From: Pachysolen tannophilus NRRL Y-2460
Taxonomy: Eukaryota
Direction: 5' to 3'
Assembly: GCA_001661245.1 (NCBI GenBank)
Contig: KV454012.1
Coordinates: 2,127,063-2,191,062, forward strand
Length of the DNA stretch: 64,000 nt
Part shown: piece by piece, positions 59,168 through 64,000 of the stretch
Layout of the letters: the number at the start of each line of letters is the position of its first letter
How positions within the stretch are numbered: the stretch's first letter is position 1
Notes under the pieces: model-generated
Databases searched by the model: none
What the model saw: the letters and a program-made list of their open reading frames with translations, nothing else
Told to the model about the DNA's origin: nothing
Made by a program: the position numbers and the translations under genes

Positions 59168-60883
59168 ATGTTGAGATTGATATTGAATGCAAGCGGAGCA
59201 AAATCGCTAGGCAAATCTAAAGTTTCCAAGTTTCTAGAAATTGGTTTTCAAGGATCTAGGAATACTATGAGAAAATATCATTCTGATAGTAACTATAATT
59301 TGAGATTGATATCAGAGAATAAGTCGAAATACTCTAGAATCTTGTACTATTTTCTGGCAGCAGCGTTAGCTCTCGGAACAAACCAGTATTTTGAAAATTC
59401 ACATGTTTCTTGTGAAAATGAAAAAAGCATCAATGTATCTGAGCTTGTAAAGCACAACACAAAAGACAATTTATGGGTTGCAGTGAATGGAAAAGTTTAT
59501 GATTTAACCGAATTCCTGCAGAAACATCCTGGTGGATCAGCTGCCATTTTGGAATTTGCAGGTAGAGATGCATCGAATGCATTTAATCAAATACATAGAA
59601 AAGATTTGATCCCGTTTGTGTTGCTGGAGGAAAAATTTTTGGGACACTTGGTAGGCAAGTTACCTGAAGAGGAAGTTGAACTCTCAGAAGAAGAGATTTT
59701 AAGACTTAAAAACATTAGAAACAAACCACCGCTTCATAAAATATTCAGTATTACAGATATGGAATATGTTGCTAAACATGTGTTACCTAAAAGTACTTAC
59801 AATTATTTTGCAACGGGTTCAGAAGATGAATTTACTTTGAGAGAAGGCCATTACGCTTACTCAAGAGTTTATTTTCGTCCAAGAATTTTATGCGATGTCC
59901 GTGAAGTTGATTTATCAACAACAATGTTAGGAACAAAAGTAGCTATACCAATTTATTTTTCTGCTACCGGTGGACAAGGAAGAGCACACCCGGAAGCAGA
60001 AAAAATAATCACTCGTGTTGCTAAGAAACATGGAATGGTACAAATGATCCCCTTTCTTTCGAAATGGCCAGTAGAAGAAATCGTGGCAGAAGCTGATCCT
60101 AATCAGGATCAATGGTTTCAACTTCATTTTAATTCTCTTGAAACGTTTAAAAAGGCACCAGAAATAATTAAAAAAATAAATTCTTTACCAAATATTAAAG
60201 CATTAATGCTTAATGTTGATTGTCCATGTTCTCCTATTAGGGAGAAAGATATCAGAACAAGAGCGGAAGCTACAGGTGCCGATGTAGAGCAGTTAGCGTC
60301 AATATCTGACCCAAACAACGTTTATGCAACATTAACGTGGGAAGACATAGCAAACTTCAGAAAAATGACTGATTTGCCAATTGTTTTGAAAGGAGTCCAG
60401 AGAACTGAAGATGTTTTAAAAGCAGCAGAGCTAGGATATAACGGTGTTATTCTTTCCAATACAGGTGGTAGACTGTTGGATTTTTCACAACCTACTTTAG
60501 AAGTCTTAGCTGAGACGATGCCAGAATTGAGAAAGCAACCATATTACAATAAGGATAAGTTTCAAGTTTACATTGACGGAGGTATTAGAAGATCAACAGA
60601 CGTTGTAAAAGCACTATGTTTAGGTGCTACAGGAGTTGGAATTGGAAGGCCGTTTTTGTATTCTATGTCTTCTTATGGTGAAGATGGTGTTAACAAATTA
60701 ATTGAGATTTTAAAAGTTGGCTTATCAAAGGACATGAAGCTCTTAGGTGCAAAAAATGTCGATGAATTAGACGAGAGTTTTTTGAATTTGAAGGATCTCT
60801 ATAATAGAGGAAAAGCTCAGGATAAATTATACGATGCACTATATGATTCCCTTCCTTTCCCAAAATTTGAAGAAGATACCTAA
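59168..60883 (+). CDS. Flavocytochrome b2-like alpha-hydroxy acid dehydrogenase paralogue with altered catalytic residues
   Basis: Bipartite mitochondrial presequence, b5 domain (HPGG, second His kept), FMN domain FRPRIL, KGVQ, DGGIRR.TDV.KAL.LGA..VG.GRPFLY; SNHGGR is SNTGGR. Confidence 0.88.
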   Translation: MLRLILNASGAKSLGKSKVSKFLEIGFQGSRNTMRKYHSDSNYNLRLISENKSKYSRILYYFLAAALALGTNQYFENSHVSCENEKSINVSELVKHNTKDNLWVAVNGKVYDLTEFLQKHPGGSAAILEFAGRDASNAFNQIHRKDLIPFVLLEEKFLGHLVGKLPEEEVELSEEEILRLKNIRNKPPLHKIFSITDMEYVAKHVLPKSTYNYFATGSEDEFTLREGHYAYSRVYFRPRILCDVREVDLSTTMLGTKVAIPIYFSATGGQGRAHPEAEKIITRVAKKHGMVQMIPFLSKWPVEEIVAEADPNQDQWFQLHFNSLETFKKAPEIIKKINSLPNIKALMLNVDCPCSPIREKDIRTRAEATGADVEQLASISDPNNVYATLTWEDIANFRKMTDLPIVLKGVQRTEDVLKAAELGYNGVILSNTGGRLLDFSQPTLEVLAETMPELRKQPYYNKDKFQVYIDGGIRRSTDVVKALCLGATGVGIGRPFLYSMSSYGEDGVNKLIEILKVGLSKDMKLLGAKNVDELDESFLNLKDLYNRGKAQDKLYDALYDSLPFPKFEEDT

Positions 60884-61083
60884 ACTTTGTTGTCAGAAAA
60901 TCTAGATTAGACTAAACTAAAAGATCCAAAAAGGATAATCAAAAATTGTTATTTTTGTTTGTTTTCTTAAAACCGTTGCTATTTGCTATTTATTAATTTT
61001 TTTTTGTTTTTCAATAGAGTGAGCGCTAAGTAAGTGCTTTCAGATAATCTTAGTTTATTTAACTTAATATAACTTAATATAAC

Positions 61084-63272
61084 TTATACATATGCAGGTA
61101 ATACTAGTCCATCGGCTTCTGCAATTTCGCACCAATTAACATATGTCATGCCATTTTGGTTTAATGTCCAAACTTTTTGTGTCAACTTAATGATAGTCAA
61201 AAATTTTTCACTTTTTCTAATTTCATATATGTCGTAAAGATTTTCAACAAACCATTTCCTGTAATTATCACCAATCAAATCACATCCAAAAACAAATATT
61301 GGCAAAATCAAGTAAAAATTAAAATCTTCATTCTGTTCGTCGAGATAACTTTTGAATATTTCAGTTAGAATTGGTAACGATCGCCTTACCAGTAGTATCG
61401 TCGCCGTTGATGACGAATTATTATTGTAAATTAACTGAGATATAAAGAGATAACATACTTCTTTTGAGAATAAAAACAAATTCTCAATAGGTGTGAAGCT
61501 CAGTTCTGTATCAGATTCAGCTGACTCTGTTGAAATAGTAACTAAATCTAGCTGCTGCTCAAGATCCTTAGCTTCTGATAAAACTCTCAGAAGACTGTCC
61601 TCATGCATTACACCGTAGTCATTAATGTTGGACGATATTTCACTGCCATTTCCACATTTTGCTACTCGTAGCAAATTAGATAAATGTGATATTCTGCCAT
61701 AAATTTTGAATAGTCTTTTCCAGTTTTTGTAAGCTAAACTATCATGTTCCTGCACTGATATTTCGTATATATATTTGAATTCATCTGCAGTTAAAAAATA
61801 CCGATCATTTACCAACGAAGTACTATAATTAAAATTTGACAAGTAATAATAGCTGAAAACTCGAGAAAAAAAGGATCCCGTAGAAGTCTTTGTTAAATTC
61901 TCTACACCTCCTCTTAATGATATCATTTTTCCCATTAAGTTTACGAGTCCAAACCAATATTTAGCAGTATTTTCAGCTTTGAGGTTTTCAATATATAACA
62001 ATAGCAAAACAATAGACATGGTATGATCACAGCAAACAGCAGACCTAAAGCTCAATCTGTGATTTAATTCAACTATTATTTCATTATATAAATTCTCAAT
62101 TATGTTGGATGCGTCCTTTAGCTTGCTTTCAGAAGATTTGCTGCTGTGCAAATTCCAAGCAGACCATAATAATAAAGTTTTGAAAACAGTAACATTACTG
62201 AAAGCTAACGGAAGATAAACGGTCAAGATCAATGTTGTTTTCTGTTTTGCAAGGAAACTATTTGAGCACGACGAAAAATACAATTTATTGGTTTCATTGG
62301 GGAAATTTTCACAAAAATTGAAAAATAACAACTCAATGATATCTGAAGTTAAGTATGGGGGTAGATTCCCTAATTCCAATAAAAATTGGCGTTCGTTTTC
62401 ATTTTTTGTTGGAAGAGAATCATTGAAATTAATGAAGGAAGGAGCTTCAAGGTATAAAATATTTTTTAATGATTCAGCATTTACTTCAACAAGCTGAAGA
62501 TTTTTATCATTAGTAGCATCTTTTGGTTTCTTCTTGCGACTAATGACTGACCCTCCATTATATTGTAAAAGATAAAAGTAATGGTTATCATCCAAATCAT
62601 TTCCAGGAACTTCATCTCCTTCAAAGCAGTTTAACAACATTTTTTTCAGCACTTCTTTCAGCTTTACTTTATCATAGCCATATATGATTTTACTATTCTC
62701 GTCAATCAATGTGTCCTCATTTATTATTGGTATTTCTTGCATAGTTTCATATAAAATATTTTTCTGATCTGCATTGACCACAATTTGCTTTTTTTCATAT
62801 AATTTAGTTAATCCAACAGAACCTATGGTTGATGTATACGTAGATCCAGCACCTGAGCTTTGATGGTTACATTTAAAATAAGTTTTAACAACTTCAGCAG
62901 CGATGACTAAGCTCTGATTACTGGTAAGATATCTAATTTCAATCGATAATCCACCAGTGACTGTTTTAAGAAACGGTTCTTCAAAAGCATCTTTTTTTCC
63001 AGGGAGCTTTCTGGTCTTCTTTTGATCCAGTCCATCAAAGTGAATAATTTTAATATCCGGTATCTCACAGGGAATATTCTTTTTTGAACAATATGAACAG
63101 CTGGTGGAGCCTCTGGTAATATCACATTTTTTACTGTAAAGATGAATTTTCATTTTAAGATTAGTACACCTATCATTGAAACCCGTATGAACTTGATCTA
63201 TACATACTTTCGAGACTTGCACAGCAAACATCCGCGTCGCTGAATACTTCCTTTTCTGATCCTCTTCAACAT
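61084..63272 (-). CDS. Zn(II)2Cys6 transcription factor; 2 exons (63272-63208, 63133-61084)
   Basis: Spliced cluster GCL(CTG)CKSRN/KKCD....SCSYC..KNIPC; intron GTATGT..TACTAAT..CAG; Fungal_trans_2-like C-terminus (LPIFVFGC, R.W, VW, W). The ORF-track start lies in the wrong frame and reads through the intron. Confidence 0.85.
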
Positions 63273-63529
63273 CCTATGGCATTAAAGTGTATTTCTTGTT
63301 TTCTGATAATACCAACCAACCATCTTGGATTAATCTGCATTATTTTTATATTTTGCCTTCATCGGCAAAGGAAAATCACAATGTCCCAAATAGGCAACTT
63401 TTAAGATAAAGAAAAGATATCATGAATTCTTACAATCGTTGAGAGTATAAAAGAGTTTACTAGGAATATGATTAACTTTTACTCATAATATTCCATCTAA
63501 AAATAATTAGAAACTAGGGAAGTAAAGTT

Positions 63530-64000
63530 ATGACTCAGAAAGTAGAAAAAAACACAAAAATTATCATTGTTGGTGCAGGTGCCTTTGGAATTTCCTCTGC
63601 TTACCATCTTGCTAAAAACGGGTATAACGATGTCACCGTTTTTGATAAACAGCCATATGATGTTAACTATTACGAGTCGGTAACAGACGTTGCAGATGCG
63701 GCATCTAGTGATTTGAATAAAATTGTTAGATGCTCTCACTATGATGATGATTATCAACAATTGGCTTTAAAGTCTATTTTAGAATGGGAACAATGGAATG
63801 ATTTGATTGCAAAAGCCAAAGATTTACCGCTGGGCCTAACGAATGATTTCCCAGTTTACGTGAAATCAGGGTATACCAGATACTATACTGAAGACATGTC
63901 AAAAAATCAAAAAGAAATATCGAGTAATGATTCCTTTTCGAGATTAGGATTAAGTGCAACACAATTTGAACTTGAAGATTCTAAAGACCTGTTTAGAGCA
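63530..64000 (+). CDS. FAD-dependent amine oxidase (sarcosine / pipecolate / fructosyl-amino acid oxidase family), runs off the window end
   Basis: MTQKVEKNTKIIIVGAGAFGISSAYHLAKNGY.DVTVFD..AASSDLNKIVR; open to the window end; absent from the ORF track. Confidence 0.85.
   Translation, partial: MTQKVEKNTKIIIVGAGAFGISSAYHLAKNGYNDVTVFDKQPYDVNYYESVTDVADAASSDLNKIVRCSHYDDDYQQLALKSILEWEQWNDLIAKAKDLPLGLTNDFPVYVKSGYTRYYTEDMSKNQKEISSNDSFSRLGLSATQFELEDSKDLFRA

Noticed and set aside
63497..63962. Minus-strand ORFs at the window end
   Set aside because: Antisense shadows of the plus-strand FAD oxidase starting at 63530; the many short ORFs nested in larger genes are likewise shadows.
1..64000. tRNA, rRNA, transposon/LTR or CRISPR-like features
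   Set aside because: None recognised by eye; small ncRNAs cannot be excluded without covariance-model searches.

Overview
AT-rich budding-yeast (Saccharomycotina) chromosomal window with short spliceosomal introns (GTAAGT/TACTAAC/YAG). CTG codons fall at positions where homologues have Ala, which points to the CUG-Ala genetic code (Pachysolen/Nakazawaea-like), so the supplied translation misreads CTG as Leu. Positions 1 to ~48.3 kb hold conserved, largely syntenic housekeeping genes: TMA7, LAS17, PLB, RRN11, OPA3, HRD1, HTZ1, NPR2, CIN8, SDS23, OLE1, an ESS2-like gene interrupted by an in-frame stop, an LMBR1-like gene, SOL, UBP16, JEM1, APE3, SHG1, a cullin, OST4, MRX7, VID27, RRG9, PEX17 and MFG1. 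Several of these are missed or mis-started by the ORF track. From ~48.4 kb to the end is an accessory metabolic cluster: aldo-keto reductase, NCS1 permease, 2OG-Fe(II) dioxygenase, a C2H2/fungal transcription factor apparently split in two by a ~1.1 kb inversion, a DAL5-like MFS transporter, a flavocytochrome b2 paralogue with swapped active-site residues (His373->Thr, Tyr254->His), a Zn2Cys6 factor and an FAD-dependent amine oxidase. The first three cluster promoters share GATA and GGTGG(G/A) motifs. There are two N-gaps. All family assignments come from motif recognition, not database searches.
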